Assembly: GCA_020060385.1 (NCBI GenBank)
Contig: JAGVAH010000151.1
Span: 17,474 to 81,473 of the forward strand
DNA: 64,000 nucleotides
Direction of reading: 5' to 3'
Source of the DNA: Syntrophobacterales bacterium
GTDB lineage: Bacteria > Desulfobacterota > Desulfobaccia > Desulfobaccales > 0-14-0-80-60-11
Part shown: positions 1-9,500 of the stretch, piece by piece
Position numbering within the stretch: the stretch's first letter is position 1
Layout: every line of letters begins with the position of its first letter
Position numbers and translations under genes: made by a program
The notes under the pieces: generated by a model
What the model was told of the DNA's origin: nothing
Database searches by the model: none
Seen by the model: only the letters and a program-made list of their open reading frames with translations

Positions 1-315
1 GCCTTTTACATGGAAGCCGATGCGGCCAACCCGGAGCTGGCCCTGTGCGTGGATATGCTGGCCCCCGAAGGGTATGGGGAGATCATCGGCGGCTCCCAGC
101 GGGTGGCGGATCTGGAGGTCCTGCTGACCCGCCTGGCAGAACACCGTCTACCCCGGGAACCCCTGGAGTGGTACCTGGACCTGCGCCGTTACGGCAGCGT
201 GCCCCATAGCGGTTTCGGCCTGGGGATAGAACGCCTGGTGGCCTGGCTCTGCGGCCTCAAACACGTGCGGGAGGCCATCCCCTTTCCCCGCCTCCTGGAC
301 CGCCTTTACCCTTGA
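1..315 (+). CDS. asnS: asparaginyl-tRNA synthetase, C-terminal fragment (gene begins upstream of window)
   Basis: Frame is open from base 1. The C-terminal class IIb aaRS motif-3 region [33 protein letters not shown] resembles AsnRS termini. Confidence 0.7.
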   Translation, partial: AFYMEADAANPELALCVDMLAPEGYGEIIGGSQRVADLEVLLTRLAEHRLPREPLEWYLDLRRYGSVPHSGFGLGIERLVAWLCGLKHVREAIPFPRLLDRLYP

Positions 316-477
316 TGGCCATGGGGTGGAGGTGAGTCAGGGGCGTGGGCCCCTACCCCGACCCCCCAGTCCCCGCCCCCAGCCTTTATGGGTTCTCTGC
401 ACAGAATTTCCGAGGAGCCGCCGCCAAATTGGGGTACAATATCCCCGGGAAGATCCCTGGGGATCAGGTGTCTCACC

Positions 478-580
478 TATAGCATTTGCCAAAAGTTCTT
501 TCCTCTTATCCCCTCTCCCCCCAGCGGGGAGAGAGGGTTAGGGTGAGGGGGGGCGGAAAAAACTTTTGGCAACCAGTATA
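478..580. repeat. ~100-bp MITE/REP-like palindromic element, copy 1 (tatagcNtttgccaaaagtt ... aacttttggcaaccagtata)
   Basis: Terminal inverted repeats surround a G/C-rich internal hairpin (cctctcccc..ggggagagg). Near-identical copy at 52755-52858; related copies at 17895-17995 and 26788-26846. Confidence 0.8.
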
Positions 581-705
581 ACCTGAGGTAGTCTCGCAAC
601 TTTTTCCAGCGGCAATTATTATGGCTTGAACCGAAAACTGCACCCGATTGTTTAACATTTGCAACCTTGTCAGGTCTAAATGATTGAAGCCCATGAGGAT
701 AGTCG

Positions 706-1296
706 ATGACTGACCCCCAACTCGTGGCCCGGGCGCAAGAGGGCGACCTCCCGGCCTTCGAGGAACTGGTCAAGAAGTATCAGCGGGAGATCTATAGTCT
801 GGCTTACCGGCTGGTACTGGATGCAGAGGAGGCCAAAGACTTGGCGCAACAGGCCTTTCTTCAGGCCTTTGTCCATATCCGGAGCTTTCGCCAGCAGGCT
901 CAATTCCGCACCTGGCTTTTCCGGATCGCCATTAATCAATGCTATAGCTACTTGAAAAACAGGAAAAAGTTCGGGGACCCGGTGGATTGTGAGGATTTCG
1001 TCCTGGTGGGAGAGGAATCGCCGGAAGAGGACCTGGTGGCCCAGGACCGGCGTCAACGCCTCTATGCCGCGCTGCAGCGCCTGCCGGCCAAGCAGCTGGC
1101 GGTGATTACCCTCAAGTTGGAGCAGGGCTTATCCTATGAAGAAATCAGCCGGGTCTTGGGGGGCACCACCGGCGCCGCCCGGGTCAACTATTGCCAGGCG
1201 ATAAAGACCCTGAGGAAATATCTGCAAGACGAGGATGACCATGAAGTGGCGGTGCGCTCTTATCCAAAGATGGTTACCCGCATATCCCGACGGTGA
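706..1296 (+). CDS. ECF-type RNA polymerase sigma-70 family factor
   Basis: Region 2 (FEELVKKYQREIYSLAYRL..DAEEAKDLAQQAFLQAF) and region 4 HTH (LSYEEISRVLGGTTGAARVNYCQAIKTLRK). Confidence 0.85.
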   Translation: MTDPQLVARAQEGDLPAFEELVKKYQREIYSLAYRLVLDAEEAKDLAQQAFLQAFVHIRSFRQQAQFRTWLFRIAINQCYSYLKNRKKFGDPVDCEDFVLVGEESPEEDLVAQDRRQRLYAALQRLPAKQLAVITLKLEQGLSYEEISRVLGGTTGAARVNYCQAIKTLRKYLQDEDDHEVAVRSYPKMVTRISRR

Positions 1297-1894
1297 TCTT
1301 CCCTCCTTTTGGCGGGGGAGAATCAGATCACACCTGGAAAGGTGTCCGGTGTGTCGGGAAGAGTCGGCCGGTTTGGCAGAGACGATTCGGGCGGTTCAGG
1401 CCGCGGGGGAGCCGGACCCGGGAGAGGCCTTCTGGGAGGACTTTAACCGGGACCTGCATCTGGAGTTGGCCCGGAGCGCCCAGGCCCCCGCGCCTTCCCG
1501 TTTCTCAAAAATCCCCTATTATCTACTGGGGGCCCCGGCCGTGGCCTTACTGGTCTTTTGGGTCGCCAGCATCTATCTGCACCAGGAACGGCCCGGCCTG
1601 GCTCCACCCTCCCCCATGGCCCAACAAGAGAAAGCGCCGGAGAAGGAGAAAATGGCAGCCAGGCCTCGGGTGCCGGCGCCAGCCCCGGAGGAGACCGCCG
1701 GGTCCGTCGTCTTGGCCACCCATAATGGCTATGAGATGCCCCCGGACGACGATGTGGACCTCCTTTTGGGTGATCTGGATACAACCTTGGCGGGGATGAC
1801 GGAGAAGGAAAAGGAGGCTTTCCTGAAAAGGTTGCGCCAGCACGATAAGGATGGGTCATGTTCAAAAGAATACTCTGCACCTTTCTGGGCCTAA
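1235..1894 (+). CDS. anti-sigma factor, zf-HC2 (ZAS-like) with one TM segment
   Basis: N-terminal H-x3-C-x2-C (HLERCPVCREE), a central hydrophobic helix (YYLLGAPAVALLVFWVASIYL), and a position directly after and overlapping the ECF sigma gene. Confidence 0.7.
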   Translation: MTMKWRCALIQRWLPAYPDGDLPSFWRGRIRSHLERCPVCREESAGLAETIRAVQAAGEPDPGEAFWEDFNRDLHLELARSAQAPAPSRFSKIPYYLLGAPAVALLVFWVASIYLHQERPGLAPPSPMAQQEKAPEKEKMAARPRVPAPAPEETAGSVVLATHNGYEMPPDDDVDLLLGDLDTTLAGMTEKEKEAFLKRLRQHDKDGSCSKEYSAPFWA

Positions 1895-2871
1895 TCCTGG
1901 CAATAACCGCCTGGGCCTCCCGGGCCCCGGCCCAGGTCGATGGAGGCATGGACGGCAGCTTTCAAGAACGGTTTTATCAGATCAAACGCCGGCAGTTGGG
2001 GCCGGAACTGGGGGTGAGCCAACAGGTCGTGGACCGGCTTCTCCAGATCGAGCAGCACTACCAGGCCCTGCGCCGGCAATTGTTTAAGAACTCCAAGGCC
2101 GATTTCCAACACCTGGTCAAGGTCCTGTCCCAACCCTCCCCCGGGGAACAGGAAGTGAAGCCGATATTAAATAAAATACTGAGGCATCCCCAAGAGAAGC
2201 AGAATATACAGCAGATGCAGACTCAAGAAGAGGAGAAATTGTTAACCCCGGTGCAAGAAGCCCGGAAAATCTTGTATCAGAAAAGATTATTGCAGGAAGC
2301 CCGCAATGTGAAGCGCAGTCAAAGGGGACCCCAGCGCCTGGGCCCCCCCTCGGGTCCCCGGGAGATCCAGGTTTCCCGGAAGACTGTCGGTGACGTGGGT
2401 TCCGGAGGCGCTTATCAAGAAAAGGAATTGACCCTAAATGGCCAGCAACCCCGGATGGTCTCGGCTCTGGGGGTGAATCAACAGACGGTGGTCCAACTCC
2501 TGCAGATTAGAGAGCGTTATCGTCCTAGGCGACAGCAGTTGATCTTGGAGGCAAGAAACGAATTCAGCCGGCTGGAACAGGTGATGCGGCAGCCAAATCC
2601 TGTCAACCCGGAAGTAAAGACAATCCTTAATAATATCAAGAAGAAAGAACAGGAGATGCAGGATCTGAAGCAACGCCAGGAGGAGGAAGTGGTGGCCCTC
2701 CTCACCCCGGTGCAACACGCCCGTTATCTCCTGTTTCTCATCAGCATGCGCCACCAACCCGGGTCTGGGCCCCGCAGCCTGGGTCCTCCCGGGGGCGGTG
2801 GGGTGGGGGCCAAGCCCGCGGGCAACTCATCTCCCGGCTGGTCCATCCCCTCCCGGCCCTCCAACCGTTAA
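1858..2871 (+). CDS. secreted periplasmic protein with two tandem LTPxQ (Spy/CpxP-like) modules
   Basis: Signal peptide MFKRILCTFLGLILAITAWASRAPAQ. Internal duplication: QQVVDRLLQIEQHY..LTPVQEARKILY versus QQTVVQLLQIRERY..LTPVQHARYLLF. Gly/Pro-rich linkers. Confidence 0.65.
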   Translation: MFKRILCTFLGLILAITAWASRAPAQVDGGMDGSFQERFYQIKRRQLGPELGVSQQVVDRLLQIEQHYQALRRQLFKNSKADFQHLVKVLSQPSPGEQEVKPILNKILRHPQEKQNIQQMQTQEEEKLLTPVQEARKILYQKRLLQEARNVKRSQRGPQRLGPPSGPREIQVSRKTVGDVGSGGAYQEKELTLNGQQPRMVSALGVNQQTVVQLLQIRERYRPRRQQLILEARNEFSRLEQVMRQPNPVNPEVKTILNNIKKKEQEMQDLKQRQEEEVVALLTPVQHARYLLFLISMRHQPGSGPRSLGPPGGGGVGAKPAGNSSPGWSIPSRPSNR

Positions 2872-2920
2872 AGGGAGGGAGAGCAGAAGAGTCAAGGGGG
2901 GCCAAAGCCGGAGGGAAAAG

Positions 2921-2963
2921 GGGGCCTGGAGGCGGCAGTAATCCTCCTCCGGCCCTTTTTTTT
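2921..2963 (+). terminator. intrinsic terminator candidate
   Basis: GC-rich imperfect hairpin (ggggcctggagg / cctcctccggccc) followed by a T8 run. Confidence 0.55.
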
Positions 2964-3008
2964 GCACTTGCCAAGTGCGTCCTCGGAAAGCTAAAATAAT
3001 GGGGGCGT

Positions 3009-3096
3009 GCCGGAGTGGTGGAATTGGTAGACGCAGGGGACTCAAAATCCCCCGGGCCGCGCGCCTGTGCGAGTTCGAGTCTCGCCTCCGGCACCA
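3009..3096 (+). tRNA. tRNA-Leu(CAA), type II with long variable arm, CCA encoded
   Basis: Acceptor gccggag/ctccggc; anticodon stem gggga/tcccc with loop ctCAAaa; T-arm gcgag-ttcgagt-ctcgc; D-arm gtggaattggtagac typical of tRNA-Leu. Confidence 0.9.
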
Positions 3097-3206
3097 AAAT
3101 CACCATTTCTGGTTGCAGATGACGTTTTGCGGTTGCATGAATTTGCCCATATATCACATCCAAGTCTTTTTCTCCCCCCGACTCCCCCGGATTCATTACC
3201 CCAAGT

Positions 3207-4760
3207 ATGCGGGATAAGATGAAAAAACTGAGTATTGGAATATTGGTACTGGTTTTATCCGTTCTCTTCCTGACTCCGGCCCAGGGCCGGGAAGTCAGTT
3301 TGAGAATCCTTTATGTCAACGATTTCCATGGCTTTGCTGCGCCTTACCAGTCTATTGGCTCCCAGGAAAAACTGGGAGGCGTCGCTTCCCTGGCCAGAGA
3401 AGTGAAGCGGCTGCGCAAGGAAAAGCCCTCGCTGCTCCTGGCCGCGGGGGACATGATCCAGGGCCACAGTTGGGCCAATCTCTTCCGGGGCAGGTCCACC
3501 ATCGCCTTGATGAACCTGATGCACTTCAACGCCATGGTGGTGGGCAACCACGAGTTCGATTTCGGCCAGGACGTCCTGAAAAAGAGGATTGCCGCGGCCC
3601 GCTTCCCGGTGCTGGGGGCCAATGTGGAGGGTTTTCAGGACGGGCTTAAACCCTATGTAATCAAATCCATTCAGGGCCTGAAGGTGGCCATCATCGGCGT
3701 GGTCACCCCGGATACTCCCCAGGCCACCCATCCCCGCAACGTTCAGGGCTTGAAATTTCTCCCCCCCGCCGCGGCCGTGGAGAAATATCTGCCGGAGCTA
3801 AAAAAGCGGGCGGACCTGGTCCTGGTCCTCTCCCACCTCGGCTACCAGGCTGACCGGGATCTGGCCGCCAAGGTTACGGGGATTGCGGTCATCGTTGGCG
3901 GGCATTCCCACACCAAGCTGCTTCAACCCGCGGTGGTGGGCGACACCATCATTGTCCAGGCCTGGGAGCACGCCAAGGCCCTGGGGGTCCTGGACCTGGA
4001 GGTGGAAGACGGCAGGATCAAGAAATTCAGCGGCCACCTGCAGATGATCAAACCGGACAGGGGCCGGGAGGATAAGGCGGTCCGCGCCCTGGTCAAGAAG
4101 TATGCGGCCAGGGTCAATGCGGTTCTGGGGGAGAAGATAGGCGAGGCCGCCCTGGATCTGGACGGCGAACACGTGCGCACCCAGGAGACCAACCTGGGGG
4201 ACCTCCTGGCTGATATCCTCCGCCAGGCTGCGGGGGCCCAGGCGGCCATCATCAACGGCGGCGGCATCCGGGCCGGCATCCCCAAGGGGACCATCACCGT
4301 CAAGGATATTACCGCGGTTTTGCCCTTTGATAATTACCTGGTGGCCATCAAGCTCACCGGCCAGCAGATCAAAGAGGCCCTGGAGCACGGAGTGTCCGGC
4401 CTGGAGGAAGGGGCCGGCAGGTTTCCCCAGGTCTCCGGCCTCTCCTTCGCCTATAACCGCCAGGCCCCCCCCGGCTCCCGGGTGAAGAAGGTCTCCGTCG
4501 GCGGGCGGCCCCTTGATCCCCGGAAAGAGTACGTCGTGGCCACCAACGACTTCATGGCCGCCGGGGGTGACGGCTACCGGGCCTTTGGCGAGGCCCTGAA
4601 GTCTTCCCCGGATTTTGTCTGCACCGGCGGGATGCTCAAAGGGGATAAGCTGGTATACAACGACGCGGGCCACTGGCTGCGGGACGTGGTCATCGACTAT
4701 ATTCGCCGGCAGAAGACGGTGGCTCCCCAAGCGGACGGCCGCATCAAGCAGATTGATTAG
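3207..4760 (+). CDS. secreted bifunctional metallophosphatase / 5'-nucleotidase (UshA-like)
   Basis: Motifs NDFHG, GDMIQG, GNHEFD, GGHSH plus a C-terminal 5'-nucleotidase domain (TNDFMAAGGDGY). N-terminal signal peptide. The start may be the second ATG at 3219. Confidence 0.85.
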   Translation: MRDKMKKLSIGILVLVLSVLFLTPAQGREVSLRILYVNDFHGFAAPYQSIGSQEKLGGVASLAREVKRLRKEKPSLLLAAGDMIQGHSWANLFRGRSTIALMNLMHFNAMVVGNHEFDFGQDVLKKRIAAARFPVLGANVEGFQDGLKPYVIKSIQGLKVAIIGVVTPDTPQATHPRNVQGLKFLPPAAAVEKYLPELKKRADLVLVLSHLGYQADRDLAAKVTGIAVIVGGHSHTKLLQPAVVGDTIIVQAWEHAKALGVLDLEVEDGRIKKFSGHLQMIKPDRGREDKAVRALVKKYAARVNAVLGEKIGEAALDLDGEHVRTQETNLGDLLADILRQAAGAQAAIINGGGIRAGIPKGTITVKDITAVLPFDNYLVAIKLTGQQIKEALEHGVSGLEEGAGRFPQVSGLSFAYNRQAPPGSRVKKVSVGGRPLDPRKEYVVATNDFMAAGGDGYRAFGEALKSSPDFVCTGGMLKGDKLVYNDAGHWLRDVVIDYIRRQKTVAPQADGRIKQID

Positions 4761-4831
4761 AGGCAGGAGGCAGCCCCAGGCTTCAGCCTGTCTCCCCAGA
4801 ACTAAAAACTAAAAACCAGAAACTGCATTTG

Positions 4832-5014
4832 ATGCGGGTTTATGTGAACGATAAGCCGGTGGAGCTCCTGCCGGGGATGACTGTGAGACATGCCTTGCTC
4901 CAGGCCGGGCTCCTGGGCGAGATTGAGGCGGGCCGGAAGGTCTACGACGACTGGGGCAATGAAGTGGGTCTGGGGGGCGCCCTCTCTGCGGAGATGAAGA
5001 TATGGGTCAGATAA
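4832..5014 (+). CDS. small hypothetical protein (60 aa)
   Basis: ORF ends 15 nt before the next gene, whose SD (aggag) lies just after the stop. No recognisable motif; the ThiS-like size is only a loose resemblance (no C-terminal GG). Confidence 0.4.
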   Translation: MRVYVNDKPVELLPGMTVRHALLQAGLLGEIEAGRKVYDDWGNEVGLGGALSAEMKIWVR

Positions 5015-5029
5015 TAGGAGCCGATATCC

Positions 5030-5617
5030 ATGGCTGAGATCGAACTGCCGGAGCCGGAGGAATTGGAGGAGAAGAAAAGGGAGCCATTCACCAAGAGGGT
5101 GGCCCTGACCACTGCCATCTTCGCGGTCATTCTGGCCATCACTTCCCTGGGGGGGAGCAACGCCATGAAAGAGATGCTCCTGGCCCAGCAGCAGGCCTCG
5201 GACCAATGGGCCTTCTACCAGGCCAAGGTGATCCGGGAGCACCTGTACCGCCAACAGAAACAGCGTCTGGAATTGGACCTCCTGGAGAAAGAGGCCCTCA
5301 AGCCTGAGGTCAGGAAGCGCTATGAGGCCTTGCTCCAGCAGACCTCCAAAGAGGCGGAACGCTACGGTCTGGAAAAGAAAGACATCAGGAAAGCGGCCGA
5401 AAAGCTGGAGCACGAACGGGACATCAACCGCAATAAGGACCCCTACTTCGACTACGCCGAGGTCCTGCTGCAGATCGCCATTGTCATGGCCTCCATCTCC
5501 ATTCTGGCCCATTCCCGCAGGATTTTCATATTCGCCTTGGTCGCCGCGGCCCTGGGCGCTTTCTTGTCCCTGAACGGCTTTACGCTCCTCTTCCGCATCC
5601 CTTTTTTCCATTACTGA
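5030..5617 (+). CDS. DUF4337-like membrane protein
   Basis: Pattern RVALTTAIFAVILAITSLGG..QASDQWAFYQAKVIRE plus a C-terminal TM pair. Paralogous to the convergent gene at 5710-6240. Confidence 0.6.
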   Translation: MAEIELPEPEELEEKKREPFTKRVALTTAIFAVILAITSLGGSNAMKEMLLAQQQASDQWAFYQAKVIREHLYRQQKQRLELDLLEKEALKPEVRKRYEALLQQTSKEAERYGLEKKDIRKAAEKLEHERDINRNKDPYFDYAEVLLQIAIVMASISILAHSRRIFIFALVAAALGAFLSLNGFTLLFRIPFFHY

Positions 5618-5631
5618 GTGAACACTAAGCC

Positions 5632-5695
5632 GTGAGCAGTAAGCAGTGAATAGGACGGGGCCGCTGGCGCCGGTTTCTTCCTGCTCACTGCTTAC
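5632..5695. repeat. heptamer-periodic long hairpin (gtgagca/gtaagca family) between convergent genes
   Basis: Arms gtgagcagtaagcagtga and ctgctcactgcttac. The same family occurs at 12873-12945 and 53471-53544. Confidence 0.75.
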
Positions 5696-5709
5696 CGCCC
5701 ACGCTCGCG

Positions 5710-6240
5710 TTAAAACCAGAGAAAAAAGCCGTTGGCCATGTAGACCAGGCCCACCGCGCTGAGGGCCAGGCCCGCGCCCCACATGCTCTTCCTTCTGATC
5801 AGCGCGGCCACCGCGGACATCATGATGCCGATCTGCAGCAGCATCACCGCCAGGGCAAAGGCGCCGTTATGCCTTTTGAGGACCTCTTGCTCCTTGATGA
5901 AGTTTTCCGCTTCGGTTTTGATTTGCTTCTTCTCTTGATTAAGCTTGTTGATTTCCTGGCTATAATCCTTAATTTTAGCCTTTAGGAACTCTTGCACCTG
6001 GGGGTTGGGGGTTTTCAACAGGTTGGCATAAGTCAGGATGTCCCGGCTCAGCCGGAAACTGTACTCCTTAATGCTCTTGGATTGGTAATAGGCCCAGTGG
6101 TTGGCTTCCTTGGTGGTCTGAATCTGCACCTTGGTGGAGTAGCTGGAGGCCTTCAGGGAAGAGATGGCCGCACATACGGCCAGAATGGTGGTGGTCAGGG
6201 CCACCCACTGGAGCCAGGTCTCTTTGGGGGGCTCGGCCAT
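5710..6240 (-). CDS. DUF4337-like membrane protein (paralog)
   Basis: WVALTTTILAVCAAISSLKA..EANHWAYYQSKSIKE plus C-terminal TM helices. Confidence 0.6.
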   Translation of the reverse strand: MAEPPKETWLQWVALTTTILAVCAAISSLKASSYSTKVQIQTTKEANHWAYYQSKSIKEYSFRLSRDILTYANLLKTPNPQVQEFLKAKIKDYSQEINKLNQEKKQIKTEAENFIKEQEVLKRHNGAFALAVMLLQIGIMMSAVAALIRRKSMWGAGLALSAVGLVYMANGFFLWF

Positions 6241-6555
6241 TGGCTCTCCTTTCTTGGTTTCTTTATAAAGATGAGTGAATATGGCCGCATAATATTACCA
6301 TCCCGGCATTGAAGGGGCAACAGGAAGGCCCCAGGCATCAGGGTTTTGCTGCAACTCAATTAGTGCATTTGCGAAATGTTGTTGATAAAATGATTGCTAA
6401 ACTAAAAGAAGTGTAAGCTTCAGCCTCTCCTCTTATTCCGGGGCTGGCGGTCTTTCCCGTTAAATGCCAGAGGCCGAACATCCCGGGGCTTGGGCTCCGG
6501 CTGCTATATCCGAATAAATTGTAAAAGATTCAGTTTAGTACAAAGGAAGCCAGGC

Positions 6556-9500
6556 ATGACCAGGGCGCAGATATTGGTGGCGGACAGCAATCCCGATTTT
6601 GCCGCAGAACTGGCGGCGAACCTGAAGTCCTTGGGATACGCGGTAGCGGGGGTGGTCTCCTCCCTGGAAGAGGCCTTGAAAAAGGCGGAAGAGAAGCAGC
6701 CGGATTTGGTCCTGTTGGACCTGAAGTTGCTGGCGGACGGCCACCAAGGGAAAACCGCCCGCCAAATCCGGAAGCGCTTAAAAAGCCTGGTCTATTTGGT
6801 GGGGGAGGAAGACCGGAAAACCTTGCAGAGGGCCAAGATCACCCACAGTTTCGATTATCTCCGGAAAGCCTGCGATACCAGGGAACTGGAAACCATCATC
6901 GATATGGCCCTCTACCGGCGGAAGCTGGAAGGGGAGATGACCGGGGGCGGAAAAGCGCCCGCCAAGCCGGATGCGGGAATGAAGGAAGACGCGTCGGGCC
7001 TGGAGAGCGGGATCGACCGCCATCAAAGCCTGGAAGAGACCCTTCAGGCCGAGAGGCAAAAACTCTACCATCTTTTGGATACCCTTCCGGCCTACGTGGT
7101 GCTGCTGGCTCCGGACTACTCCGTGCCTTTCGCCAACCGGGAGTTCATAGAACGCTTCGGGGCGCCGGAAGGCCGGAAGTGCTACGATTTCCTCTTTGGC
7201 CGCACCTCTCCTTGTCAGGATTGCGAAACCTACAAGGTCTTGGAGACCAACGCTCCCCATGATTGGGAGTGGACCGGCCCCGATGGCCGCAACTACCAGA
7301 TCCACGACTTTCCTTTTCGGGACAATGACGGCTCGCCCCTGATTCTGGAAATGGGGGTGGACGTCACCGTCCTCAAGGAGAAGGAGGCCCAGATCCGCCG
7401 GGCCAATCGGGCCCTTCAGACTTTGAGCAGCGTCAACCAGGCAGTAGTGCGGGCGCATACGGAGGCCGAGCTCCTCGAAGACGTCTGCCGCGCGGTGGTC
7501 GCGGAGGGGGGCTACCGCCTGACCTGGATCGGCTACGCCGAGAACGACCGGGAAAAGACGGTGCGGCCCGTGGCCCAGGCCGGCTATGAAGAGGGATATC
7601 TGGAGACCCTGAACATTACCTGGGCGGACAAGACAAGGGGCCGGGGGCCCACGGGCACGGCCATCCGCACCGGCCAACCCGCCCTGGCCCGGAACATCCC
7701 CACCGATCCCCTCTTCGCACCCTGGCGTCAGGAAGCCGTCAAACGGGGCTACGCCTCCTCCCTGGTCCTCCCCCTGTTAGTGGACGGGCAGGCTTTCGGG
7801 GCTTTAAATATCTACGCCGGGGAAGCGGATGCCTTTGACACCGGGGAAGTGCAGCTCTTAGCAGATTTGGCCGCGGATGTCTCCTTCGGGATCATGGCCT
7901 TGAGGGGCAGGGAGGAGCGGCGGCGGATGGCCGCGGCCCTGCGCCACTCTTACGAAGAACTGGAAGCCCGGGTCCAGGACCGGACCCGGGATCTGGCCCA
8001 GGCCAACGCCGCCTTGCAGACCGAGATCACGGAGCGCCTCTGGTCGGAGAAGAAGCTCCGGGAAAGCGAGGAGCGCTACCGCCGCCTGGTGGACCTCTCG
8101 CCGGACGCCATTGCCGTGCAGAGCCAAGGGGAGTTTCTCTTCGTTAATCCTGCGGGCGCGCAGCTTTTCGGCGCGGACAGCCCTCAGGCAATGGTGGGCA
8201 AAAGAGTCCCGGAGGTGATCCATCCCGATTTTCGGCAATTGGTCACCGCCCGCATCAGCCGGGTCAACGCCCCAGGCGCCAAGACCGATCTCCAGGAGAT
8301 AAAAATTTTACGTTTGGACGGCCGGGTGGTGGACGTGGAGGCCTCCGGGGTGGGGATTGAATATCAGGGGCGGCCCGCGGTCCAGGTAATGCTCCGGGAT
8401 ATTACGGTCCGCAAGGAGATGGAAAAGAAACTGGAGCACCTGGCCTCCTTTCCCCAATTGAACCCCAATCCCGTGTTGGAGGTGGATACCTCAGGAGCCC
8501 TCACTTTTTATAACGCGGCCGCCAAGGAGGCCCTCAAGAATGTGGGAATGGCGATAGTGGGGGTATGGCGCTTTCTACCCCCAGATCTGCATGAAATTCT
8601 GAAAACCGCCCAGGAAACTGGAGAGACCCTTTTTCAACGGGAAGTAAAAATAAACGGCGCAATTTTTTTAGAGACGCTTTCTTTCATCCCCGAGGCTAAG
8701 GTCTTGCGCATCTATGCCACGGACATCACTGAGCGCCAGCGGGCCGAAAGGGAGCGCCAGGAACTCCTGGAAAAGTTGCAGGCGAGCGAGGAGGAACTCC
8801 AGGCCACGGTCGAGGAACTCCAGGCGCAGACTGAGGAACTGCAGGCGCAGACCGAAGAACTCCTGTCGACCAACCAACAACTGCACGAAGCCCTGGCAGC
8901 CCTGCAGGATAGGGAAGCCCAATTGCACGCGATCTTCGACAGCCTTACCGAGGGGCTGGTGGTCGCCGATCTTGAGGGCCGCCTGCTGCATTGGAACCCA
9001 GCCGCCATAGCCATGCACGGCGTTGCCACCCTGGAAGAATGCCGCCGCCGCTTACCGGAGTTCGCCAACATCTTCGAACTATCAACCTTGGAAGACGGCA
9101 TCCTGCCCCTGGAAAGATGGCCCTTGGCCCGCATCCTGGCCGGTGAAACTCTCCGGGACTGGGAAGTGCGGGTGCGCCGCCACGGCACCGACTGGCAGCG
9201 GGTCTTCAGCTACGGCGGCAGGCTGGCTTATGACCAAAACGGCCAGCCGTTGCTGGCGGTGGTCACGGTGAACGACATCACGGAGCGTAAGCAAGCCGAG
9301 GAGATGTTGCGCAAGAGTAATCAGCATCTCGACTTGATGGCGGAGACGGCCAGTCAGCTTTTGGCCAGCGCCTCGCCCCCAAAAGTGGTGGATTCCCTTT
9401 GCCAAAGGGCCATGGCCGTTCTCGACTGCGATGCCTATTTCAATTTTCTCCATAATGAAAAAGAGGGACGCCTCCGTCTTAACGCCTTCGCTGGCATCCC

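Noticed and set aside
326-773. ORFs running through repeat elements: 326-541, 477-773, 17737-17961, 26716-27141, 52473-52823, 52843-53481, 62649-63608, 47136-47583.
   Set aside because: Their only conserved parts are translations of the palindromic/MITE-like repeats (PLSPLGGEG, GWKACAT, SAWER..SKL.LD). They have no SD or start context and overlap each other.
6490-6555. Track start codons at 6490, 12374, 15613, 16360, 38844, 44193, 45796, 43233, 43717 and 62552 taken as true gene starts.
   Set aside because: Downstream ATG/GTG codons with good SD sequences give canonical domain N-termini. The upstream extensions overlap preceding genes or repeats.
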